A stretch of DNA of 64,000 nucleotides, from IMG/VR virus record IMGVR_UViG_3300023033_000001. One strand, given 5' to 3'. This DNA is from an uncultured virus (IMG/VR IMGVR_UViG_3300023033_000001). Lineage: Duplodnaviria > Heunggongvirae > Uroviricota > Caudoviricetes. A program made the translations under genes and the position numbers. The notes under the pieces were generated by a model. It was not told where the DNA came from, made no database searches, and saw only the letters and a list, made by a program, of their open reading frames with translations. Positions 11,133 through 19,693 of the stretch are shown piece by piece. Every line of letters begins with the position of its first letter. The first letter of the stretch is position 1.

Positions 11133-11207
11133 AACGACAGCCAATCTTTGAGTGGTAAAAACGTAGTAGAGTTTCAAAAACTCGATCAAGAGCTACGGGT
11201 CAGTTTA
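11133..11207 (+). repeat. Remnant of the reRNA-like scaffold found in the 47019-47359 element
   Basis: aacgacagccaatctt...gtaaaaacgtagtagagtttcaaaaactcgatcaagagctacgggtcagtt aligns with the reverse complement of about 47054-47136. Confidence 0.8.
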
Positions 11208-11486
11208 CTCCCAAACCCATCTTGTTTTCGTGTGTGCAGTCACCTCTTCACGCTTTTTGTGCTCAAGCTGTCTCACTGACGCGATGTTATACTCATAAAT
11301 TTTACGAGACACAACCATCGCAAAAAAGTTGCTTGATCCGATGTCTCCACAATCCGCGAAGTGTTCAGCCTCGCTAAAATTATCGAAATAGCGAGTCTTA
11401 GTCTCTCTGCGAGATTCACCGTTTCCGTCGCTGTAAGAATGAGAAATCTCGACGATCACCTTCCATAATTTTGTTGCATTTTCCAT
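11205..11486 (-). CDS. Hypothetical protein
   Basis: ORF with an AGGAG SD; last gene of a minus-strand small-gene cluster. Confidence 0.65.
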   Translation of the reverse strand: MENATKLWKVIVEISHSYSDGNGESRRETKTRYFDNFSEAEHFADCGDIGSSNFFAMVVSRKIYEYNIASVRQLEHKKREEVTAHTKTRWVWE

Positions 11487-11500
11487 TGTGCTTTCTCCTG

Positions 11501-11917
11501 TTAAGTTTTGTTTGCAAGGGATGTGATTTCATCCAATGCCGTTTCTATTGCCGACAATCCTTCCTTATCGTTACCATCGTATGTCTTTAGTCTGAGACGA
11601 ATATCATCCACGAGTGTTTGTATCTTATTGTCTTTTGCTTGAGCGTTCTTCCTCCCACGTGCCTTATCAATTTCATCTTCAGAAAACTTAGCACGCATAC
11701 ACCATTCGCAATAATCGTATCGCATCATATAGCCACCCTCGAACTTACAGATTGCCATAAGATACTCTTCTCCATCTTTAATCGTGTTGTGGCAATAAGG
11801 ATGTTCTTGGTTATAAGCATTATCGCATTGCAGATACGTAGCATTTTTCTTGGATCTAAAAGTCTTCACGCTTAGCGTTTCTTTCTTCACGCTTAGCGTT
11901 TCTTTCTTTTCCATCAC
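11501..11917 (-). CDS. Hypothetical protein with Cys motifs and a 7-aa duplication
   Basis: KKETLSV twice (21-bp tandem duplication at 11864-11905); C...C...CEWC. Confidence 0.65.
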   Translation of the reverse strand: MMEKKETLSVKKETLSVKTFRSKKNATYLQCDNAYNQEHPYCHNTIKDGEEYLMAICKFEGGYMMRYDYCEWCMRAKFSEDEIDKARGRKNAQAKDNKIQTLVDDIRLRLKTYDGNDKEGLSAIETALDEITSLANKT

Positions 11918-12073
11918 CGTTTTCCCATCCGGCAGTCATGTTTCGGTTTCCACAAAAGCTCTGCCGTTTTCAGTTTCCCAAGAATCGTGTGATAAACACC
12001 ATCCTCTGAAACAGCACTTTGTGGAATAAACAGGTTGTAGTCGCCTCGCTTTTTCGAGCGAAACTTTACCTCG

Positions 12074-12367
12074 TTAAACTTGCCCTCCATCAGCAATAAA
12101 CTGCATCACGGCTTTTCGAGCAAGACCTTTACGCCTATGCTCAGGCATAACATAGATGCCATTGACATACTTGTCGATGATCATGAGAAATCCAACAGGC
12201 TTACCCTCACACATGATAAGTCTATACCCGTCCGAGTCCACAGACCATTTACGCAGGTCAGGAAAACATAGCTTATCAATGGTTTCTCTGAATGCAAGAT
12301 ACATCTCTTGTTCAAGGTTATCATCCAAAATGCTTTTTAGCAGTTCAAAATTTTGTTCTGGAATCAT
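12074..12367 (-). CDS. GNAT-family acetyltransferase
   Basis: IYVMPEHRRKGLA acetyl-CoA-binding motif A. Confidence 0.8.
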   Translation of the reverse strand: MIPEQNFELLKSILDDNLEQEMYLAFRETIDKLCFPDLRKWSVDSDGYRLIMCEGKPVGFLMIIDKYVNGIYVMPEHRRKGLARKAVMQFIADGGQV

Positions 12368-12690
12368 ACGGTGAACTCCTCCTCATAAGAAGACCATCCT
12401 GTCCATCCCATCGTCGAAGGTGTGAATAAATTTGACAGCTCTTCAGATGACATAAGAATTGGTATTCCTTGTTTAGTATGACGTAACACCCTTAACTGTA
12501 CTGTCAGTGCCTGTCCACGGAACATCTCGTCAGAAAGGTCGTTTAGGTAGGTTTTCTTTAAGGTGTTGACCACTGTTCTTACCTCTACTTCTGTTTCAAA
12601 CGTGAGTCTTCCAGTCTCATACACGAAACCATCCTCATAAGCCACGGTTTGGATTAACTCGTAACCTTTACTTTTATCAGACATATTCAC
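12364..12690 (-). CDS. Hypothetical protein
   Basis: Overlapping start/stop coupling with its neighbours. Confidence 0.6.
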   Translation of the reverse strand: MNMSDKSKGYELIQTVAYEDGFVYETGRLTFETEVEVRTVVNTLKKTYLNDLSDEMFRGQALTVQLRVLRHTKQGIPILMSSEELSNLFTPSTMGWTGWSSYEEEFTV

Positions 12691-13343
12691 TCCAATTCTA
12701 CGGCATTGATAAGCAGCTCAGAAATTGAGGCTCCGGTGTCAGACACTTCGTCCCGTCGAAACTCGGCATCCTCAAGAGATACAAACACCTCGTGAACCAT
12801 TTTATTGGTGAAATGGTCTTTGTAGTTAAGGCGGTAAAGAACAGAATGTGCATAATCAGAAACAAACAAAGGCGTAGGTGACTCATGACGTTCTTCAAGA
12901 TAGAATGAACCACATGAAAGATTCATGTGGACATGAACCATACCTTTATCGTCACTACAGTCCTCAAAAGAAGCACACAGAGGAAAGATATGGCTAATAC
13001 GTATACGGTATCTCAGGGTTCCTGATGGGTGACAAACACACAAGGTTCCAGATGCTCTTGAAGACACTCCTGAATAGTTAATATCCATCCATTTCTGCAA
13101 TATTTTTGCAGTCTCAGTCGATACCGTGGTTATTACTTTCATCTCGTTCGCATCACATCCTGAAGTCTGACTAGATTTTAAAGTACATAAAGACTCAGAA
13201 TTATCCGTACTGAAATGCCAGTCAACACAGTTCAGTTTTGCACATAACTTTCCTTCTACGATTCCTGGGATTTCCTCAAGCGTCAGAACGCCATGATCTT
13301 CAACCGATGTACTTTTAGAAAATATTCTTCCACAACCACTCAT
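12687..13343 (-). CDS. Hypothetical protein
   Basis: 218-aa ORF with a GGAGG SD. Confidence 0.65.
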   Translation of the reverse strand: MSGCGRIFSKSTSVEDHGVLTLEEIPGIVEGKLCAKLNCVDWHFSTDNSESLCTLKSSQTSGCDANEMKVITTVSTETAKILQKWMDINYSGVSSRASGTLCVCHPSGTLRYRIRISHIFPLCASFEDCSDDKGMVHVHMNLSCGSFYLEERHESPTPLFVSDYAHSVLYRLNYKDHFTNKMVHEVFVSLEDAEFRRDEVSDTGASISELLINAVELE

Positions 13344-13419
13344 TTCTCAACCTCCCTCAAACAGTAACATCCACACACATACGTGGTAAATATGGTTTTT
13401 CTTGATAAGCAGCGTTACG

Positions 13420-14385
13420 CTAAACCGTGTCTTTCCACGTTTTGTATGACACAAGCCAGTCCTTCGGTTCAACATTACCGCGTTTCGCGAGCCATCTCTC
13501 AGCCTCCGTAGGTTCAAGACGTTCTCCTATCAGTTTGTCTAATGCCGCATAGTCTTTCAGAATGAGGCTGTACAGAATGAACTTCGGCCTGGTTTCATCC
13601 TTTTTCGGTTGCCAGTCGTCGATGATTTTCTTTGCTCTTTCCCTCGTATACGTGATGTCTGGAATAGCATACTGCTTTATATTGTCCTCTCCATACACGA
13701 TGAAATCATACGGTTTTACGTTTGCAGATAATCTTGCGATAAGCGAAACACAGGGTTTCGGTTCATATCCAGCCTTTTTCTTTTCGAGATAGCTGTACAG
13801 CGTTTCATAGTCAACGTAAAACCCTTCTGGAATGTCTATGGACTGTTTCAAAACACTGGGCGACCATGAGAAACATCCCCATCTGAACATACGATTCGGA
13901 TGGTGGTAAACACGCTTTAACCCATAACGCTTTACGAACTCATCGCGTTCAATCTCGTTAGGGATATGCGTTGATGTGGAGCACGTCATTCCTAAACGTC
14001 CGTCATGCCAAAGGTCAAATGCTTTGTCGATGCTTTCTGGCGTATACCGGTCATACGTAATCTTGTAAACCCGTTGTGCCAGCTCTTCGCTCGTCAGAAT
14101 AACGTCGCGTTTCTCTTTCAAAGCATCAGCATACTCAAGTCGAAACGACCAGCACACCTGCTCGTACAGACGGTTCAGTTTTTCCTCTTCGCTAAGACGT
14201 TTGTTCGTCTCATACGTTTCATCCTCTTTTGTCACATCGTCGTCGCTATTGATGTCATCATTCCATTCGTCGTTATTCACATCATAACCACGTTCTTTGA
14301 AGAAACGTTCAAGACGCTTGATTCGCTTCTCCATTTCGTCGATACGCATACCAAGTAAAAGTAACGCTGTTGTCTTTTCGCTCAT
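13420..14385 (-). CDS. Hypothetical protein
   Basis: 321-aa ORF with an AAGGAG SD. Confidence 0.75.
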   Translation of the reverse strand: MSEKTTALLLLGMRIDEMEKRIKRLERFFKERGYDVNNDEWNDDINSDDDVTKEDETYETNKRLSEEEKLNRLYEQVCWSFRLEYADALKEKRDVILTSEELAQRVYKITYDRYTPESIDKAFDLWHDGRLGMTCSTSTHIPNEIERDEFVKRYGLKRVYHHPNRMFRWGCFSWSPSVLKQSIDIPEGFYVDYETLYSYLEKKKAGYEPKPCVSLIARLSANVKPYDFIVYGEDNIKQYAIPDITYTRERAKKIIDDWQPKKDETRPKFILYSLILKDYAALDKLIGERLEPTEAERWLAKRGNVEPKDWLVSYKTWKDTV

Positions 14386-14458
14386 CGTATTTGCTCCTTA
14401 CAAGTTTAAGGTAAGTTTAATGAAACTGCCCACATATGTTGAACACTGCAGTGCACAA

Positions 14459-14698
14459 TCATTCTGGACATCTCCACCAGCAAGAACGTTCCCAATCACG
14501 ACGATCAGGCATACACCCTGACTTAATCACTAATGCATTATACTTAGCGTCAACTTCAAAAGAGTCTTCATTTACATCATAAATGTCTATATCTTCACCA
14601 TAAGCATCACAATCAAAGGCTGTAGCAGGAATCGCATTGACAACTTCTAAATTGCCATCGAACTTCCTAAGAACTTCAATCAGTTCATTCACTGTCAT
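14459..14698 (-). CDS. Small acidic protein (MTVxELI type)
   Basis: MTVNELIEVLRKFD; GAGGAG SD. Confidence 0.65.
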   Translation of the reverse strand: MTVNELIEVLRKFDGNLEVVNAIPATAFDCDAYGEDIDIYDVNEDSFEVDAKYNALVIKSGCMPDRRDWERSCWWRCPE

Positions 14699-14712
14699 GG
14701 TGATTTTCTCCT

Positions 14713-14892
14713 CTAATATTTGTCAGAAATGTCAATAATGACTGTATGACCGTTTACTTTGACATCGCATTCATCGAAGTCCTCAAGGTCTTTCCAACAT
14801 GAGCCATAAGGATCTCCATTCATAAGTTGAATGCGAACCTGTGCACTCAGATCAAGCGAGGATAACTTCTCAATCAATTCTTTTACGGTCAT
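14713..14892 (-). CDS. Small acidic protein, tandem paralogue of 14459-14698
   Basis: Not in the ORF track (59 aa); MTVKELIEKLSSLD...; AGGAG SD. Confidence 0.65.
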   Translation of the reverse strand: MTVKELIEKLSSLDLSAQVRIQLMNGDPYGSCWKDLEDFDECDVKVNGHTVIIDISDKY

Positions 14893-15148
14893 TACATTTT
14901 CTCCTATAACACTGTGTTGTTTATGTATTCTTTAATGCAGTTTTCAACAAATTCTGCTAATTCGTAAGCATACTGCTCAACTTCGTACTCACTGTAACTG
15001 TGCTTTTCAATATCAGCTTTGCTGACCACTGATTGAGCATTAGCTTTTCCAATAATGGGACATCTATTAAACACATCATGCTCTAAGTCTTTAAGAAATT
15101 CTCTGTATTCTTCACGGGTCATTGCTCTTTCTCCCTTGTATACCGTTC

Positions 15149-15550
15149 CTAAAGAAGTTCCCATCCGACCAAATCCTCAGGCAGATGTATTACCATGTGA
15201 GCGTAAAAATCTAACGGCAAACTGCTTACACTGTTTCGAGCATGTTCGACAACACTTTCACCTTCGCAAATGCAGATAAAGTCCATGCCGTCTCCGTCCA
15301 ACGGTCTGTTCATGTTGACGTAACCGTAGATCCATTCTCGAAGAACGTTTGCTTCATGTGACGCATAAGATGGAGATACGTCCCACCCTTTGAAATTACG
15401 CCATTCGATCACATACACGTCACATCCTTCACATACAGAATGACGTATCATGTCCGGTTCACAAGGCTGCATTCTGTCCTGAACGAACATCTTGAAGTCC
15501 TGATAAGCATGTTCCTGACACATCACATAAATGTCATAAAGCACTGCCAT
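15149..15550 (-). CDS. Hypothetical protein
   Basis: 133-aa ORF with a GGAGG SD. Confidence 0.65.
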   Translation of the reverse strand: MAVLYDIYVMCQEHAYQDFKMFVQDRMQPCEPDMIRHSVCEGCDVYVIEWRNFKGWDVSPSYASHEANVLREWIYGYVNMNRPLDGDGMDFICICEGESVVEHARNSVSSLPLDFYAHMVIHLPEDLVGWELL

Positions 15551-15569
15551 ACGCTTCCTCCATTAAAGT

Positions 15570-16004
15570 TCACTGTCCATTAGGAACAACAACAATTTCA
15601 AAGTAACACAACTCGTACTTGTCTGCTGACAGGATGTGGATACCGTCCACTTCAATACTATCTGCAATACCGAACGGGACGACTATAATTGTGCAACATT
15701 CACGAAATGATTCTTCCACAATTCTGCCACATGGCGTGTCCAGAATAAGAAGCTCAGCCATCAGTTGATGTTTGGATTCATCGATCCACAAGTTGACTAT
15801 TTTCCCTGCTACATCTGGGTAATACAAATCAATATTATTTTTATTGTGTTCAGATTGAAGTACGCAGAGCATTCCTTCACGAAATTTATCGTCTTCATTG
15901 AACTGTTTTACGATACGTTCCATAAGACGTTTTGTGTACAGATTCCCTGATTGGAGCACTTTGTCATACCACACACTTTCTGACAAAATACGGTGTTCGT
16001 TCAT
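15570..16004 (-). CDS. T4 gp21-like prohead protease homologue, apparently inactive
   Basis: NLYT..LMER...IDL...I.NLWID...AELLILDTPCGRIV follows the S77 pattern; the usual SH and SSRG positions read AG and VPFG. Confidence 0.55.
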   Translation of the reverse strand: MNEHRILSESVWYDKVLQSGNLYTKRLMERIVKQFNEDDKFREGMLCVLQSEHNKNNIDLYYPDVAGKIVNLWIDESKHQLMAELLILDTPCGRIVEESFRECCTIIVVPFGIADSIEVDGIHILSADKYELCYFEIVVVPNGQ

Positions 16005-16304
16005 TACGCAACTCCTTGTAAGTATAAATGATGTTTAAGATTCTCAGATTGATGCTCCATATGCATGGTTAAAAGTCACGACCTGTTGGGAAGTATATAA
16101 CTTCTTAGTCGTAGAAAAATCCGCAGCACCACGACAAGGAGTGAGTAGTTCGCCTAGTTGACAGAATCTTTGTGTTGCCTTGTGGTGAAGTATAAGACCA
16201 CAAAGGTTTGGGTATCCTCAAAAAGAAAGAGCAAGAAAGCGAAACGCTTTCTTGCTCTTTCGTCAGCTACATATGGATGCATTTACTTGTTAGATAATGT
16301 ACGA

Positions 16305-17272
16305 TTACCGTCTTCCTCTGATTCTGTTTACGTTTCTGCTGTAACGTGTTTCCATGCGAGTACGTTTCTCTTCATATTCGTCATACTCATTATCTTTGAG
16401 AAGATCCTCGACCGCAGAACAGTTGTCTTCCGCCAAATCAATAATGTAATCATGGACGGCTTCACTCATTTCATCGAACATCTTAAACAATTTCTGTTTA
16501 GAGCATGGGATAGTCACCTGCGTATAGAAGTCAAAATCCTCAGTCCACGCTTCTTCAAGATTTACTGACAAGGATTCGAGAATTGCTGAAGTGACATCGC
16601 GTCCACGGTAATCAGACAAATCTTCTGCGGCTTTTTCTACACAATCGTCTACCACGGAATCAAGGTTGTAATAATAACAGCTTAACACATCTCCCTTAGC
16701 ACCGTCTTCAAGACGAACATAGAACGGATTACCTCCGTGATGCTGATTGAAGATATAGCACATCTCATCACTTCTGAGGTCACTAGAAGTATACCTGCCA
16801 CCACTGTACTCTTCAATGGCAACAAGCAAATCCACTACATCATCAATACTATCAGAGACGTATTCTAATTTACGACCTCGCTTGAGATTATATCTATGAC
16901 TTATGGATTCCCCTATCTTTATTTGAGCCTTGCCGTCTTTGAGCATATTGTTCGTTGCATAAGCAACGATGTCGAGTGCCTTAAGAAGAGATGCTTTGCT
17001 GATAGGTTTTCCAGCTTCAACGGCTTTCTTAGCCTTATCGTCTCTTTGTAACGCTTTGCATAAAAATTTGTAACATGCTTTGTCAGCACAATAGAATCCA
17101 TAACCGTAAGCACGTGTAAAACTAAGTCCCATATCCTGAAGCATAGTCACGATATCTTGAGAGTCCCAGGAATCCTCAGTGAGCTCAACCACATTTCCTT
17201 TGACCTTTACGAACACACTGGATGGTAAGTTATTATCAGTTTCTTTTTTAAGGTATTTTTATTGACTAACAT
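16305..17272 (-). CDS. Acidic protein with an Arg-rich C-terminus; the 5' end needs a -1 frameshift or a 1-nt insertion
   Basis: ATG at 17272 with a GGAGGTG SD is one base out of frame with the 303-aa ORF; in-frame A_AAA_AAG at 17249-17243. Confidence 0.6.
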
Positions 17273-17302
17273 TTTTACACCTCCCTTCTACTTGAAATAA
17301 TA

Positions 17303-17590
17303 CTAATTGTCATAGTCATAAGCGTAACACGGGCAGAACCCAGAGGAGTTGATAACTTCTGAACGTGGATTTGAAACGAAAGCTATACGGGTGACAAACT
17401 CTTTTAAAGTCCCATCATTACGTTCCAGGGTGGCAAATACTCCATTACGCTTCTTTACTCTGTACTGAACAGACAACCCAAGTTCATCTGTAATAAGGTC
17501 GTATGGCGTAAGACTGATTATTTGACCCTCAACAAAAACCGATGTACGGCTTTCATCTGTTTTATTCGTTTGTTTGTACGACATGAGCAC
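17303..17590 (-). CDS. Hypothetical protein
   Basis: 95-aa ORF directly downstream of the orphan RE. Confidence 0.5.
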   Translation of the reverse strand: MLMSYKQTNKTDESRTSVFVEGQIISLTPYDLITDELGLSVQYRVKKRNGVFATLERNDGTLKEFVTRIAFVSNPRSEVINSSGFCPCYAYDYDN

Positions 17591-17610
17591 ACCGTAAAAT
17601 AAAGAGAGAT

Positions 17611-17708
17611 GGAACTACCCACCGCCTTTAGGCGGTGGTATTCAAATCCATTAGAATTTGATTTGTACATTCTCACGAATTGGGCTTCATGTTTCATTGA
17701 ACCGTTGA
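17611..17708 (-). ncRNA. Orphan TnpB reRNA (omega-RNA)-like scaffold plus right end
   Basis: Aligns over about 95 nt with 29636-29732 (tnpB 3' end and RE hairpin); no tnpB upstream. Confidence 0.7.
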
Positions 17709-17712
17709 CTGA

Positions 17713-18213
17713 CTATTTAAGTGTTTCCATAGGTGGGAATCTACTGTCAGTGTAAACCGTAATATCCTGTGATGCCATGCACTCTATGATATCGTAGATT
17801 TCATCAGCACAATGACTGCAAACCGTATGTTGTTCCTTGTATGTGATTCCTAAGCCCCCTCTGTTTTCATGTCTGAATTTGACGCGACAGGCATTAAACA
17901 CATTCTCTTCATGATTAAACTCTTCCTCGTTAATCATCACTTGTTTCGTCCACTTGAGCTTGTTTCCCTTTACGAGTTTTCGTGCTATTGTGTTGAGCTG
18001 TGTCTCAAGCTCTGTACGCCAATGCTCATATGTCTCTGCTAAATCGTGACGATAACAAAGGCAATATTCCATCAGACACCAATTCTGCAACACTTGTTCG
18101 GCATGGTCTGCCACAACCGCCTGAAACTTTGCCTTGTCCAATGCCATCTCAAAAGCACGTCGCCTGTTTATGTCTTCTTTTTGTTTTTTAATTCTTATCA
18201 TCTTTATTGCCAT
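17713..18213 (-). CDS. DUF29-like paralogue 1 of 3
   Basis: EMA..K..FQ...NWCL..YC...Y.HW..EL shared with 33868 and 34384. Confidence 0.7.
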   Translation of the reverse strand: MAIKMIRIKKQKEDINRRRAFEMALDKAKFQAVVADHAEQVLQNWCLMEYCLCYRHDLAETYEHWRTELETQLNTIARKLVKGNKLKWTKQVMINEEEFNHEENVFNACRVKFRHENRGGLGITYKEQHTVCSHCADEIYDIIECMASQDITVYTDSRFPPMETLK

Positions 18214-18225
18214 ATGAGACACTTC

Positions 18226-18597
18226 CTAAAGCATGTGAAGTTCACGAAGAATGCGTTTTGCTTCTGTCACATCAAATACGTCTGCATATTCTCCAGTATT
18301 CTCATCTGTTGCACACATGAGGATGTTGCCGAACAAAGGCTGCTGAAAGATGTGCATACGATAAGGAAGAATCGAAAATGCGTTGATGTTTCCGTCTTCC
18401 ATATTCTCGCCGACAAACATACCCTCATCATCACAAATGAAATCATAACTGATGTTTGGGTTCTTTTTTGATTCTCCAACAGAGAACATCGTAATCAGGC
18501 GACAGTCAATTTTACTGCGGATGCTCTCCAAGGAATCGTCGATGGTGATAGTTTCGATTTTGCCGTTTTTCGGAATCCAAATCATTTTACGTTTCAT
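18226..18597 (-). CDS. DUF3846-like protein
   Basis: ITIDDSLE...ICDDEG...N...LFGNILMC pattern. Confidence 0.6.
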   Translation of the reverse strand: MKRKMIWIPKNGKIETITIDDSLESIRSKIDCRLITMFSVGESKKNPNISYDFICDDEGMFVGENMEDGNINAFSILPYRMHIFQQPLFGNILMCATDENTGEYADVFDVTEAKRILRELHML

Positions 18598-18828
18598 GCG
18601 TTTCTCTTGTCAAAGGCTCTTTCAAGAACTTTTTGGAACATGTCCAGAGTACGAAACTCATTCACTCCGTACTCATGGCATCCTTAATGATGACACTAAT
18701 AAGATTTCGTTGCTTTTACAGCACCACGAAAGCAACGAAACCTTATTAACTTGCACGGCGGAGTGTCGAGACGTGTCGATATGCAGAAAAGCCGTATAAA
18801 ATCTATGGATGCTAACTTGCCGGTAACT

Positions 18829-18890
18829 TTCACCAAAGGGCGAGCGGAAGCCCACGGGCTAAAGACCGTTGGCTTTCGGCTCACTTATGG
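18829..18890. mobile_element. Head-to-head LE-LE fusion of IS605-type left ends
   Basis: TTCAC|CAAAGGGCGAGCGGAAGCCCACGGGC-TAAA on +; CATAAGTGAGCCGAAAGCCAACGG on -; both share one hairpin. Confidence 0.7.
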
Positions 18891-19536
18891 CAAACATACG
18901 TAAAATTCCTTGTGCGATACCACGTGCAAGAGCTTTCTTGTACTCATCTGTCGAAAGCAGCTCTACTTCATTCGCATGAGACATAAAACCGCATTCAACC
19001 ACCAAAGACGGCATAGTAGTATGTTTGAGTGTGTAGTATGTGCTGTTCGCCTTAGCACCACGGTTAATTATTGGATGCTCCGTACCGTCTTTTTCTGTTA
19101 CAGTAAAATCCTTTACCTGTTCCATGATACTTCTCTGTACAACAGAAGCGAACGTCTTTGACTTAGAGCTCGTAGAGAAATAAAATGTTTCAATACCGCT
19201 CGCTGTTTCACCTTTATACGAGTTGCAGTGAATTGAAACGAAGCACGTAGCTTTATCCAAATTGGCTATGTTACAGCGTGACGGCAATGTAACAGTGTCA
19301 TCTGAAGCTCTGGTCATAATGACGTCAACAGGAGGTTTGGGGTCATCAGGACAAAAGTCGTTCATCATGAAATCACCAGTAAGCGTGTCCCGTGTCGCAT
19401 ACAGTAAATATGACGCTACGTATAAAGAGATATCGAGGACGATGTCTTTTTCTTTGTGCTTTTTATTATGTGACACAGCCCCCGGTGCAGACCCACCATG
19501 TCCTGGATCTATGCAAATATTTGGTAATTTAGCCAT
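18859..19536 (-). CDS. N-acetylmuramoyl-L-alanine amidase (Amidase_3), endolysin candidate
   Basis: IDPGHGG, EKDI, MTR..D, SIHCNS and VECGFMSH zinc-amidase motifs. Confidence 0.93.
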   Translation of the reverse strand: MAKLPNICIDPGHGGSAPGAVSHNKKHKEKDIVLDISLYVASYLLYATRDTLTGDFMMNDFCPDDPKPPVDVIMTRASDDTVTLPSRCNIANLDKATCFVSIHCNSYKGETASGIETFYFSTSSKSKTFASVVQRSIMEQVKDFTVTEKDGTEHPIINRGAKANSTYYTLKHTTMPSLVVECGFMSHANEVELLSTDEYKKALARGIAQGILRMFAISEPKANGL

Positions 19537-19693
19537 AAACAACACCTCCGTGCCCCAACAAACATATACTGTTTCGATAGATTCAGGGTCTGTGGTGCTG
19601 TTAAATCTGTGTAAGTCATCGTATGCTAAAATGACGATTTAAAGCAACGGTATTTCGTCGTTGCTCTTTTCTCAAATACTAGGAGAACAAACA

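Noticed and set aside
11052..11279. 75-aa ORF
   Set aside because: Largely made of the scaffold remnant and overlaps a convergent gene.
16141..16162. gtgagtagttcgc...tagttgac as another RE remnant
   Set aside because: No stem and too short to distinguish from chance.
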